Shown here: positions 8,462 through 17,111 of the stretch, piece by piece | Layout of the letters: the number at the start of each line of letters is the position of its first letter | Numbering within the stretch: position 1 is the first letter of the stretch | IMG/VR virus record: IMGVR_UViG_3300017589_000249 | Coordinates: 1-42,783 of that record | DNA length: 42,783 nucleotides | Source: a virus | Lineage: Duplodnaviria; Caudoviricetes | Strand: one strand, 5' to 3' | The notes under the pieces: generated by a model | Database searches by the model: none | What the model saw: only the letters and a program-made list of their open reading frames with translations | What the model was told of the DNA's origin: nothing | Made by a program: the position numbers and the translations under genes

Positions 8462-9510
8462 AGGGATTAGCTAATAAAATTAATGGACTAGATGAAAAGG
8501 AAGTTTTTACAGAGGAACTAGATATAAATAGTCTAGTTCCTTCCTCAAAAAACTTTTATGGTATTAGAGAGATAGAAGAACTTGCAGCATCTATTGAGGA
8601 AAATGGACTTATGCATAATCTAGTTGTTAGAAAAAAAGAAGATATGTATGAAATTCTCTCAGGTGAAAGACGATACAATGCTCTTAAAAAATTAAATTGG
8701 TCTAAAGCTCCTTGTAAAGTTATTGAAGCCAGTGACTTAGAATCTGAAATAATACTTATACAAGCTAATGTGGAGCAAAGAGAATTGCTACCTACTGAAA
8801 AGATGGAAGGTATCAAAAGACTTAAAGCTATATATGAGCAAAAGAAATCTAATGGAGAGCAACTACCTAAAGGTAAAACTAGAGATTTAATAGGAAAAGA
8901 TTTAGGCTTATCTGGCAGTCAAGTTGCTAAGTACCAACAAGTTGATAATAACCTTATAGGAGGGCTAAAGAAGAAGCTTGATGAAGGAGATATAACACTT
9001 ACACAAGCTACCACCTTAAGTAGTCTTAATACTATTGAACAGGCAGATATATATGATCAAATTAAAGGTATGAATAAAGATAGCTTAAAGGAAGAAGTAA
9101 ATATCCTTGTTGAAGGAATTAAGCAGCCTGTTAGTAGGGAAGAAGATGAAAAACTTTTAAATGAAATGTATATAGGAAAAGAGATTGTAATGGATATTCC
9201 AGAAATAAAGAGGGGTATCCATCTAGATAAACAATTAGAAATGTTGCTAGAGTATGATCCTAGCCCAAGGATTATTCTGGGAGTAATGGGAGTTGAAGGT
9301 ATTCTAAAAGCTAGAAGTATAAAAATAGAAGGTGATAATTTAAATATATGTTTTAAAGTCATTATTAGCCTTGCAGGGAGTGATTCATTTATACAGATGT
9401 CGCTATCTGAATTAGAAAGAATAGACTCGGATATGCTTCCTTTAGGACTAAAACCTAAAAAGGTATATCGCATTCATACAGGAGTTTATCTATGGTTTAA
9501 AAATAAGTAA
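8446..9510 (+). CDS. parB: ParB-family CTPase/DNA-binding protein
   Basis: IEELAASIEENGL..NLVV, LSGERRYNA arginine patch, HTH RDLIGKDLGLSGSQVAKY; coupled to parA. Confidence 0.88.
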   Translation: MSSYLKGLANKINGLDEKEVFTEELDINSLVPSSKNFYGIREIEELAASIEENGLMHNLVVRKKEDMYEILSGERRYNALKKLNWSKAPCKVIEASDLESEIILIQANVEQRELLPTEKMEGIKRLKAIYEQKKSNGEQLPKGKTRDLIGKDLGLSGSQVAKYQQVDNNLIGGLKKKLDEGDITLTQATTLSSLNTIEQADIYDQIKGMNKDSLKEEVNILVEGIKQPVSREEDEKLLNEMYIGKEIVMDIPEIKRGIHLDKQLEMLLEYDPSPRIILGVMGVEGILKARSIKIEGDNLNICFKVIISLAGSDSFIQMSLSELERIDSDMLPLGLKPKKVYRIHTGVYLWFKNK

Positions 9511-9527
9511 CTTAAGGAGGTACTAAC

Positions 9528-10322
9528 TTGAAAAATACGATAAGTGGATTCAATCAAAGTAAATTAATTGAATATGGATTAGATCTTAAAGATGCCATGC
9601 TCTTAAGATACTTTGTTGACTTTAGAGATACAGAAAGCATGACCATGGTTATAGTTGATGGGAAACCTTATTATTGGCTTAATTATAAGCACATGAAAGA
9701 GGATATACCGTTAATTGGTATTAATAGTAATGATGCTCTTAGAAATAGATTTAAGAAGCTTGAGAAGTGTAAAGTTTTAGGTCATTATCATAAGCTTCAA
9801 GGTGGTAGTTATTCTTATTACTGTTTAGGAAAAAATTATCCTAATCTTATAAAAAACAATGTAGATGACAGAGATTTTAATAATTATGATACTGCCGATA
9901 AAAAAACGGAGGGGTGCGAATTGAAATCGGCACCCCTACCGATAGAAATCAGTACCCCTACCGATAGAAATCGGCAACAAAATAATCTTTCTACTAAAGA
10001 TAAGAAATATATATATAGTGCAAAGGATATAGAGCAGCTATGGAATCTTTATCCCAACAAAAAAGGAAGAGCAATAGCAATAAAAAAGATACCACAGATT
10101 TTAAAGAAAGTTCCTCTAGAGGAATTAATAAGATGCATAAAAAGATATGCTAAGGACATTCAAGGGAAGGAAAAGCAATTTATTTTAAATGGATCTACTT
10201 TCTTCCATTCCAGGTATGAGGATTACTTAGATTGCAACTTTGAAGAGAAAGATAAAAATACACCATCCCAGAGAGCTAGTCCTAAGGTTCAATATAAAGT
10301 CAAGTTAGAGGAGGATATGTAA
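9528..10322 (+). CDS. Phage replication initiator
   Basis: N-terminal wHTH-like region, iteron-containing linker, C-terminal LWNLYPNKKG...GSTFF domain; precedes helicase; AAGGAGG RBS with TTG start. Confidence 0.8.
   Translation: MKNTISGFNQSKLIEYGLDLKDAMLLRYFVDFRDTESMTMVIVDGKPYYWLNYKHMKEDIPLIGINSNDALRNRFKKLEKCKVLGHYHKLQGGSYSYYCLGKNYPNLIKNNVDDRDFNNYDTADKKTEGCELKSAPLPIEISTPTDRNRQQNNLSTKDKKYIYSAKDIEQLWNLYPNKKGRAIAIKKIPQILKKVPLEELIRCIKRYAKDIQGKEKQFILNGSTFFHSRYEDYLDCNFEEKDKNTPSQRASPKVQYKVKLEEDM
9893..9976. repeat. Iterons / putative phage origin inside rep
   Basis: ACCCCTACCGATAGAAATC twice at 22-bp period (9932, 9954) plus two degenerate CCGA..A-rich..CGG units, followed by an AT-rich tract. 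Confidence 0.75.
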
Positions 10323-10324
10323 AC

Positions 10325-11641
10325 ATGGAGCAAATAGCAAAAGGGTTGCCTGAGAGTTTCGAGGCAGAACAGGCTGTATTGAGTCTAATTATTAATAGCA
10401 AGGACAAGCTTGTTGAAACAGAAGACTATTTGACAGTTGATGATTTCTATTTTGATAAACATAAAAAGCTATATGAGGTTATTAAAGACTTAAACTCAAG
10501 GGATGTAAATGTTGATTTAATTACCTTGCTAGAACAATTAAAACAGGCTGATAACATAGAGAGGACTGGAGGTATATCTTACGTTACACAAATAGCAATG
10601 AATGGAGCTATAAGTAGTAATATTAAAGATTATCTTCGTATCGTAAAAGATAAGGCCAATAGAAGAGCTCTAATTAAGACAGGTAGAGAGCTTATATCTA
10701 AGAGCTATGACGAAAGCGAATTGAGTAATGTCATAGAGTACGTGGAAGATAGTGTCTATAAAGTTGCTAATAATAAGGAGTCGGGAGATATAGTTCCTAT
10801 TGGACAAGCTATTGATGAAGCATTGACAAGGATAGAAGAAAACTACAGCAATGGTGGAAGGATTCTTGGTAATACAACAGGTTTCCCAGAAATAGATAAA
10901 ACACTTTCAGGACTTCAAGGAGGGGATTTTATAGTTGTTGCTGCAAGACCTTCAATGGGGAAAACAGCATTTGCCTTAAATATAGGTCAGTATGCATCAA
11001 AAGATGCATCAGTTGCAATATTTTCTCTTGAAATGACAAGAGGGCAGCTAATGGAAAGACTTATAGCAGCTAAGAGTTTAGTTAAATTAGAGTCTGTCAA
11101 GACTGGAAGGCTTAGTGATGAAGAGTTTAGTAAAATAGCCCTACACACTAATGATCTAGCAAAAAGGAAGATATTTATTGATGATGTATCAACTAACTTA
11201 GCTGACATAAAAGCTAAATGTAGATTGCTAAGGAATAAACAAGGCTTGGATGTTGTTATTATAGATTATTTGCAGCTTATAGAAGGAACAGAAAGTACTT
11301 ATTCAAGAGAACAGGAAATAGCTAAAATAGCAAGAGAACTAAAGAAATTAGCAAAAAAGCTTGGCGTAACAATAATTGCACTGTCTCAATTATCAAGAGC
11401 TCCAGAGCAGAGAGCAGATCATAGACCAATGCTTTCTGATTTAAGGGAGTCAGGGTCTATTGAGCAGGATGCAGATATAATCATGATGCTATATAGAGAT
11501 GAATATTACAATAAGGAAACCGAAGATAATGGGATTGCAGAAGTAATAATAAATAAAAATAGAAATGGAGAAGTAAAAACAATTAAGCTTGCCTGGATAG
11601 GACAATTTCAAAGGTTTGCTACATTGGAAAGGGTGTGTTAA
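10325..11641 (+). CDS. dnaB: Replicative DnaB-family helicase
   Basis: AARPSMGKT, IIDYLQL, ALSQLSR, DLRESGSIEQDAD, KNRNG. Confidence 0.96.
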   Translation: MEQIAKGLPESFEAEQAVLSLIINSKDKLVETEDYLTVDDFYFDKHKKLYEVIKDLNSRDVNVDLITLLEQLKQADNIERTGGISYVTQIAMNGAISSNIKDYLRIVKDKANRRALIKTGRELISKSYDESELSNVIEYVEDSVYKVANNKESGDIVPIGQAIDEALTRIEENYSNGGRILGNTTGFPEIDKTLSGLQGGDFIVVAARPSMGKTAFALNIGQYASKDASVAIFSLEMTRGQLMERLIAAKSLVKLESVKTGRLSDEEFSKIALHTNDLAKRKIFIDDVSTNLADIKAKCRLLRNKQGLDVVIIDYLQLIEGTESTYSREQEIAKIARELKKLAKKLGVTIIALSQLSRAPEQRADHRPMLSDLRESGSIEQDADIIMMLYRDEYYNKETEDNGIAEVIINKNRNGEVKTIKLAWIGQFQRFATLERVC

Positions 11642-11645
11642 AAGT

Positions 11646-11837
11646 ATGAATCTTAGGGAGGTTAGTAGAGAAGAACTAGTGAAAGAATTAGATAGTAGAC
11701 AAGGTGTAAGAAGTACAAAGTTGAACGCAAATGAGTTTTTTAAAATTCAGGCTGCTGGAAAAGATAATTCTAAGGATAGACACTTAATGGGATATGGTCC
11801 AGGAGTAATTTTAGAAGTTACGGAGGAGAAAGAATGA
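11646..11837 (+). CDS. Small phage protein (BC1881-like)
   Basis: LREVSREELVKEL..R.GV...GP.VILEV pattern; AAAGGGTG RBS. Confidence 0.55.
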   Translation: MNLREVSREELVKELDSRQGVRSTKLNANEFFKIQAAGKDNSKDRHLMGYGPGVILEVTEEKE

Positions 11838-12238
11838 ATAAAGTTGTTCTTATAGGCAGACTAACAAAAGATCCAGAATTAAGATTTGCTGCAGGAAGTG
11901 GAACTGCTGTTAGTAGATTTTCAGTTGCTGTAACTAGACAATTCAAAAAAGAAGAAACAGATTTTATAAATTGCGTAGCATTTGGTAAAACTGCAGAAAT
12001 GATTTCACAATATTTACTAAAAGGAAGTCAAATAGCACTAACTGGAAGCATTAGAACTGGTAGCTATGATGCACAAGATGGATCAAAGAGATATACAACA
12101 GATGTTGCAGTAGATAGCTTTGAGTTTATAGGTTTTAAGGGGAGTAATAGTACTAATAATTCAAATGGTAGTTCAGAGGGGGAAAGTAAGCCCAATGATG
12201 ATATGACTCCGGTTTACGATGGAGATATGCCATTTTAG
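11834..12238 (+). CDS. ssb: Single-stranded DNA-binding protein
   Basis: MNKVVLIGRLTKDPELR, acidic tail ending DMPF. Confidence 0.96.
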   Translation: MNKVVLIGRLTKDPELRFAAGSGTAVSRFSVAVTRQFKKEETDFINCVAFGKTAEMISQYLLKGSQIALTGSIRTGSYDAQDGSKRYTTDVAVDSFEFIGFKGSNSTNNSNGSSEGESKPNDDMTPVYDGDMPF

Positions 12239-12284
12239 GTGATAAATCGTGATTTGAAATTTTATGAGGTAGTTAGTAAATTAT

Positions 12285-12331
12285 GATCTTTGAAAATTTA
12301 ATAATGCGGTATTAGTAAAATATGATATAAT
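12285..12331 (+). promoter_or_regulatory. Left border of OLD moron: boxA-like GATCTTTGAAAA, repeat TTTAATAATGCGGTA (12297-12311) and extended -10 TGATATAAT (12323-12331)
   Basis: Motifs read directly; function inferred. Confidence 0.45.
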
Positions 12332-12430
12332 TTAAAGATGTTTGTGAATTAAAGCAAAAACAGGAAGATATTATAGAGCTAATACTTAGAATTAGATCTA
12401 TCCTATAGTTGAAAAAGGAGGAATTTTGTA

Positions 12431-14239
12431 ATGATTAAGATTGAGAGAATAAGTATTCAGCGATTTCGGTCAATCATGGATATGACTTTGAAAGTTGACC
12501 CAAATAATAATATATTTTCAATATGTGGTCCTAACAATGTTGGCAAAACAAACACTTTAAGGGCATTGAATTTATTTTTTAATTCAAATTTATATAATCC
12601 TAAGAAAGATATACCATCATTTAAAAATGCAACATGGGGAGGCGCAGTGCATCCTAAAATAACTATAAGTTTTATTGAAGATTCAAGCAATAAAAGATAT
12701 ATTATTACAAGAGATTTTAAAAAAGTCAGTGAAGATAACATAGGGTTGTCTGGATATTATTATTATGGATTAGATAAAAAAAATAAAACCACTTTGAACG
12801 AAATTGATCTTGATAAATTTATGGATAAGATGCAGTTCTATTTTATCGAATCGGTAAACTTGATGATACCAGATATAATAAATAAAATAACTGATGATAT
12901 GATATCAATAAATTATGATAAGGCTAGATTTACTACAAGTAAAAAACAACTAAGAGAAGCATATCAGACATATACTAATGGATTACAAGAAGTTTTAAAT
13001 ATTTTTTCTACTGATATTTCTGAGTCATTTAAAAGATTCAGAGATAATTGGGGTGTAGAATTCAATGTTCCTAAAAGTTCTGAAACATTTAGAGATTTGA
13101 TTTCGGATGATGTTACACTTAAAATCAAAGATGGAGGATCTAATGGAATTAATGAAAAAGGATCAGGATTGCAGAGGTTAGCATTAATTATACTGCATTT
13201 TGAAATAGCAGAAAAACTAATTCGAAAGAAGAATGTAATTATTTGTATAGATGAGCCAGATAGTTTTATCCATGAAGGATTGCAACATAAGTTGAAAGAG
13301 TTTTTAGATGAGAAATCATCATCAATGCAGATATTTCTAACAACACATTCAAATGTATTCATTGATACATTTGAGATGAATAACACTATTTTGTTAGATG
13401 CAAAAGTATATAGTCAGTATGTTACTCGCAAACACAGCGATATAGACGTTATGGAAACTTATTCAAGAGACATAAATACTGATGATGGCTATAAGTTAAT
13501 ATGTGATCATTTGGGAATTGAAGAGAAAGATTATGAGATTTTGGAGAGGTTTAACTTGCTTGTAGAAGGAGACTGTGATAAAAAATATATTTCGGAATTA
13601 TGTAAGTTTTTCAGGTTAAAAGAAGTAAATATTATACCAGCACATGGAGCTGATCCTATGGTTAAGTTTTTAGAATTTTATGAATCATATTACAGAAATA
13701 CTGGAAGTTATAAACCACAGATTAAAATTTTATTAGATAATGATCAAAAGGGAAGAGTAGTGTTTAAAACAATTAAATCAAAAAATTATAGGAATATAGT
13801 GATTCAACCAATATTGTCACCAAATTTTTTAGGTAACTCTGATTTTGGATTAGAAAGGAATAATACGAATAATGAAATAGAAGATTTTATTTATCCTGAA
13901 GTAGTGTGCAAATTAATAAATGATTTGCTTAAGAAAAAAAATATGAAGTTACTTGATACGAAAGCAGTATGTAAACAGATAAACACTCAAGCATTTAGTA
14001 AGGCTGGAATATTAAATATATGTGAGCATTCAAAGAATGATAAAAACCCAGAGAGTGGTAATGATATAAGCCTTATTTCCTCACAGGAAGTAACTAATCG
14101 TGCTAAAGAGGGGTTGGCAGGATTATTCAATATTGAAGGCAATAGAAATCTCATTAACCTATTAAATGAGTGTAATGATAAATATCCTACAGTAAAAGAA
14201 AACTTAATTAAAATATTACAGCCAATAGAAAACAACTAA
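12431..14239 (+). CDS. OLD-family ATP-dependent nuclease (ABC ATPase plus TOPRIM), probable anti-phage moron
   Basis: IQRFRSI, Walker A GPNNVGKT, signature KGSGLQR, Walker B CIDEPDSFIH, LTTHS, TOPRIM LLVEGDCD and LLDND, EIEDF. Confidence 0.88.
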   Translation: MIKIERISIQRFRSIMDMTLKVDPNNNIFSICGPNNVGKTNTLRALNLFFNSNLYNPKKDIPSFKNATWGGAVHPKITISFIEDSSNKRYIITRDFKKVSEDNIGLSGYYYYGLDKKNKTTLNEIDLDKFMDKMQFYFIESVNLMIPDIINKITDDMISINYDKARFTTSKKQLREAYQTYTNGLQEVLNIFSTDISESFKRFRDNWGVEFNVPKSSETFRDLISDDVTLKIKDGGSNGINEKGSGLQRLALIILHFEIAEKLIRKKNVIICIDEPDSFIHEGLQHKLKEFLDEKSSSMQIFLTTHSNVFIDTFEMNNTILLDAKVYSQYVTRKHSDIDVMETYSRDINTDDGYKLICDHLGIEEKDYEILERFNLLVEGDCDKKYISELCKFFRLKEVNIIPAHGADPMVKFLEFYESYYRNTGSYKPQIKILLDNDQKGRVVFKTIKSKNYRNIVIQPILSPNFLGNSDFGLERNNTNNEIEDFIYPEVVCKLINDLLKKKNMKLLDTKAVCKQINTQAFSKAGILNICEHSKNDKNPESGNDISLISSQEVTNRAKEGLAGLFNIEGNRNLINLLNECNDKYPTVKENLIKILQPIENN

Positions 14240-14385
14240 TTTTCAATATTATAATCAAGATTTAAGATATATAAAGTAGCTGATCTGAAAATGAAGATTT
14301 TATCTGTAATTTTATCGTCTTTCAAATTATACATAGAATATTTACAAACATTAGTATTTTAAATTATATAAAAAATGAATTAGAG

Positions 14386-14422
14386 TACCGTATTATTCAA
14401 AAAATGAATATGCGGTATTTTT
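14386..14422 (+). terminator. Intrinsic terminator and right border repeat of the OLD moron
   Basis: TACCGTATTATTCA-AAAAA-TGAATATGCGGTA followed by T5. Confidence 0.7.
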
Positions 14423-14509
14423 GTTCCGCAATAACTAAGAAATGGAATTGTTATTAAAAGAGCCAATAGCTATTAATTATTTTTTGATCAAGGAGATTAA
14501 TAAAAAAAA

Positions 14510-14538
14510 TATAAGGTGTTCGTCACGAACACCTTATA
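14510..14538. repeat. Perfect palindrome TATAAGGTGTTCGT-C-ACGAACACCTTATA (core 14514-14534)
   Basis: 14-bp arms; core identical to the 5007 copy. Confidence 0.9.
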
Positions 14539-14626
14539 AAAATTAGAGAATATTAGTAGTCTCAAAACACTATTCTCTAACAGAACACCTATTCTTATTA
14601 TAACATAAAGGATAGGTGATAAATAT

Positions 14627-15013
14627 ATGATAAATAAAGAATTATTTAATAAAATGAAACCAGTTATAGAAAAAAAGTTAAGGGATTATCCCTTTTATCT
14701 AATTTCAATAGAAATGTCCGGGTTGGGAACAGCCATACCATCATATTTAATTATTGATAAAAATTCAGGGCCGTCAGATCCTGTTGGACAAGCTGTTGTA
14801 AATGACCAATATAAGAGGGATATAGTTAATGCTATTAACTACATATATGATAAGCTTGGCGCTGACAGTAAAACTATTATAGATCACTCTTATTTTAGAG
14901 ATGATAAAACTAGAGATGAAATAATAGATGAATTAAAAATTAGTAAGAATAAATACTATAGTTTAAAGAATATGGCATTATATAAATTTATGATAGGATT
15001 AGGTTGTTGTTAA
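14627..15013 (+). CDS. ArpU/RinA-like late transcription activator
   Basis: Size and position before packaging genes; C-terminal sigma-region-4-like HTH (EIIDELKISKNKYYSLKNMAL). Confidence 0.75.
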   Translation: MINKELFNKMKPVIEKKLRDYPFYLISIEMSGLGTAIPSYLIIDKNSGPSDPVGQAVVNDQYKRDIVNAINYIYDKLGADSKTIIDHSYFRDDKTRDEIIDELKISKNKYYSLKNMALYKFMIGLGCC

Positions 15014-15017
15014 TAGT

Positions 15018-15072
15018 AGGGACAAAATAGGGAAAAAACAAGGACAAAATAGGGACAAAAACGGGAATAATC
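15018..15072 (+). repeat. Five tandem 11-bp repeats (consensus AGGGACAAAAT), probable late-activator binding site
   Basis: AGGGACAAAAT/AGGGAAAAAAC/AAGGACAAAAT/AGGGACAAAAA/CGGGAATAATC, then -10-like TAAGAT at 15098. Confidence 0.7.
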
Positions 15073-15136
15073 TGTGTACAAATGAAGGACATTGAGTTAA
15101 GATTTGTATATAGTCAAAAATTATATATTTAAGAAC

Positions 15137-15168
15137 AAAGCACAAGCTTAAGGGCCTGTGCTTTTTTT
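15137..15168 (+). terminator. Terminator-like hairpin just after the putative late promoter
   Basis: AAAGCACAAGC..GCCTGTGCTTT followed by a T tract. Confidence 0.5.
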
Positions 15169-15200
15169 GTACATAAACTTATTAGAAAGAAGGTGAGTGG

Positions 15201-15404
15201 GTGAATGTTAAAAAATTTAATATGATAACTAAATGGCAGGGGGGGAATCTTAAATGTGCATGTTCCCCTTCATCGCCATGTCCAAACTACAGAAAAGGCG
15301 ATTGTGAAATTGAAGAGCTTCTCTATGATCCTAATCAAAATATTAATAGCTGTATTAAACATAGTAGCTATAAAAGAGTTAAAGGTGCTTTAAGGCAGCG
15401 GTGA
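15201..15404 (+). CDS. Small Cys-rich hypothetical protein
   Basis: AAGGTGA RBS, GTG start, CAC...C...C; ends SSYKRVKGALRQR. Confidence 0.65.
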   Translation: MNVKKFNMITKWQGGNLKCACSPSSPCPNYRKGDCEIEELLYDPNQNINSCIKHSSYKRVKGALRQR

Positions 15405-15408
15405 TTAT

Positions 15409-16068
15409 ATGAGTGAAGGCAAAAATAAAGCAATTGCTATAAAAGAACCAAAGGACTTGGAGAGAGTACAGTCTTACTTAAAGCATTATAATTATAAGGC
15501 CTATATTCTTTTCATGGTAGGATTAGGAACTGGATACAGAGGTAGTGATCTTATTAAGTTGACAGTTAAAGATGCTGCAATGGCCATCAAAGAAAATAAG
15601 TTTACAGTAGTAGAACAAAAAACTGAAAATATCCATAAAAGTTTAATAAGAAAGAACAAAATCCAAGAAACTACAAAAACAATGAAATTTGAAAGAGTAG
15701 CCTATATTAATAGAAAGCTTATAGCTCTATTAGATGATTATATAAAAGGTATGGATGAAGCAGAATTTCTGTATTCCTCAACAAAAGGCAAAGGGGAAGG
15801 CAAATACAAGCAATACATAAGAAGAGATTCTTTAGGTAAGATATTTAAAAAGGCTGCTGTTATTTGTGGGATTAAAGATATCTCAGTAGGAACTCATACA
15901 CCTAGAAAAACTTATGGATATATTCAATATTATAGAAATGGTAAAGATATAAACTTTGTTCAAGAACTCTTTGGACATTCTACTCCAAGGATAACTAAAG
16001 TGTATATAGGAATTGATGAAGATATGAAAGAAGCTTCTGCTGCTATTATGGATGATTTTATGTATTAG
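15409..16068 (+). CDS. Small tyrosine recombinase (catalytic domain only)
   Basis: TGYRGSD (R), GTHTPRKT (HxxR), LFGHS (H), TKVYIG (Y); no arm-binding domain. Confidence 0.93.
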   Translation: MSEGKNKAIAIKEPKDLERVQSYLKHYNYKAYILFMVGLGTGYRGSDLIKLTVKDAAMAIKENKFTVVEQKTENIHKSLIRKNKIQETTKTMKFERVAYINRKLIALLDDYIKGMDEAEFLYSSTKGKGEGKYKQYIRRDSLGKIFKKAAVICGIKDISVGTHTPRKTYGYIQYYRNGKDINFVQELFGHSTPRITKVYIGIDEDMKEASAAIMDDFMY

Positions 16069-16099
16069 CTGGAAGGGAAATATCTTATTTTTTTGCACT

Positions 16100-16208
16100 A
16101 AAATACCTCACTTTAAGGACTATAGGTATTAGATGATAAAAAATAAGTGCATATAATAGAAGAAACCTAAAAATAAAAATACCACACTTTGTTATATAGT
16201 GAGGGATT
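16100..16208. repeat. Paired imperfect inverted-repeat sites downstream of the tyrosine recombinase; candidate recombination site
   Basis: AAAATACCTCACTTT (16100) and AAAATACCACACTTT (16176), each followed by an inverted partner (AGGTATT; ATAGTGAGGGATT). Confidence 0.45.
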
Positions 16209-16397
16209 ATTCAGTAAGTAAAATGGAAAGTATCCCATAAAAGGTTGAGAAAAAGTATGGGAAATAAAAAAAGCCTGAAAAACGTTAATAAACAAGAAAC
16301 ACACAACTTAAATACATCCATGTAATGATTGTATAGTGTGGATTATAACAATTATATCGATTTTGAATGTAGATATTAAATTCTTGCAAATATATAC

Positions 16398-16485
16398 CGT
16401 AATCATAACTGTAAAGTATTGACTATGATTTATAATAGTAGTAAGATTGGTATAAGGAACATAATCAAAACTAATAGTCAAAAGG
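16398..16485 (+). promoter_or_regulatory. res-like site A (site I inverted 13-mers 16398-16427, site II direct 13-mers 16460-16485) overlapping resolvase promoter TTGACT-N17-TAAGAT
   Basis: Monomer consensus CATA(A/G)TCAAAACT four times; architecture matches Sin resH / beta six sites. Confidence 0.7.
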
Positions 16486-16496
16486 GGTTGTGAAAA

Positions 16497-17072
16497 ATGA
16501 ATGTTATAGGTTACTGTAGAGTTAGTACAAAGGGCCAACTTGAGGGAAATAGTATTGAGGATCAAAGTAATAAGATATTAGAATATTATCCAGTAGCTAA
16601 GTTGGTAGAGGAAAGTTATTCAGGTGCAAAAGATAGAGAGTTATTTAATAATGTTCTTAGCGAGTTAACAATTGGAGATATTTTAGTAGTAACTAAGTTA
16701 GATAGATTTTGCAGAACTACTAAAGAAGGATTACAGTATATAGATTTATTGCTGAACAAAGGTGTTAAGATTCATATTTTAAATATGGGATTAATAGAAG
16801 ATACTCCGATGGGAAGATTGATTGTTACTAACTTGTTAGCATTTGCTGAATTCGAAAGAGCCATGATAATAGAAAGAACTCAAAGTGGCAAAGCCATTGC
16901 AAGGACAAAAGCTGGATATAAAGAAGGTAGACCTAAAAAGTTTACTTTAGAGCAATTAAATCATGCAGTAGAATTACTAAAATCAAATAGTTATACCCAA
17001 GTTGAAAAAATGACGAAAGTAAGTAAAGCAACATTAACGAGGGAAGTAAGGAAAAGGAAGGCTAGTGAGTAA
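16497..17072 (+). CDS. Small serine recombinase (resolvase/invertase family)
   Basis: GYCRVST catalytic Ser, VTKLDRF.R, FAEFERAMIIERT..G, GRPKK, C-terminal HTH. Confidence 0.95.
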   Translation: MNVIGYCRVSTKGQLEGNSIEDQSNKILEYYPVAKLVEESYSGAKDRELFNNVLSELTIGDILVVTKLDRFCRTTKEGLQYIDLLLNKGVKIHILNMGLIEDTPMGRLIVTNLLAFAEFERAMIIERTQSGKAIARTKAGYKEGRPKKFTLEQLNHAVELLKSNSYTQVEKMTKVSKATLTREVRKRKASE

Positions 17073-17111
17073 TCATTAGTCTTTTATTATTGTAAGAAAG
17101 AAGGTGAGAAT

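Noticed and set aside
12431-14239. Gabija or retron-associated assignment for the OLD protein
   Set aside because: No UvrD-like GajB and no reverse transcriptase anywhere in the window
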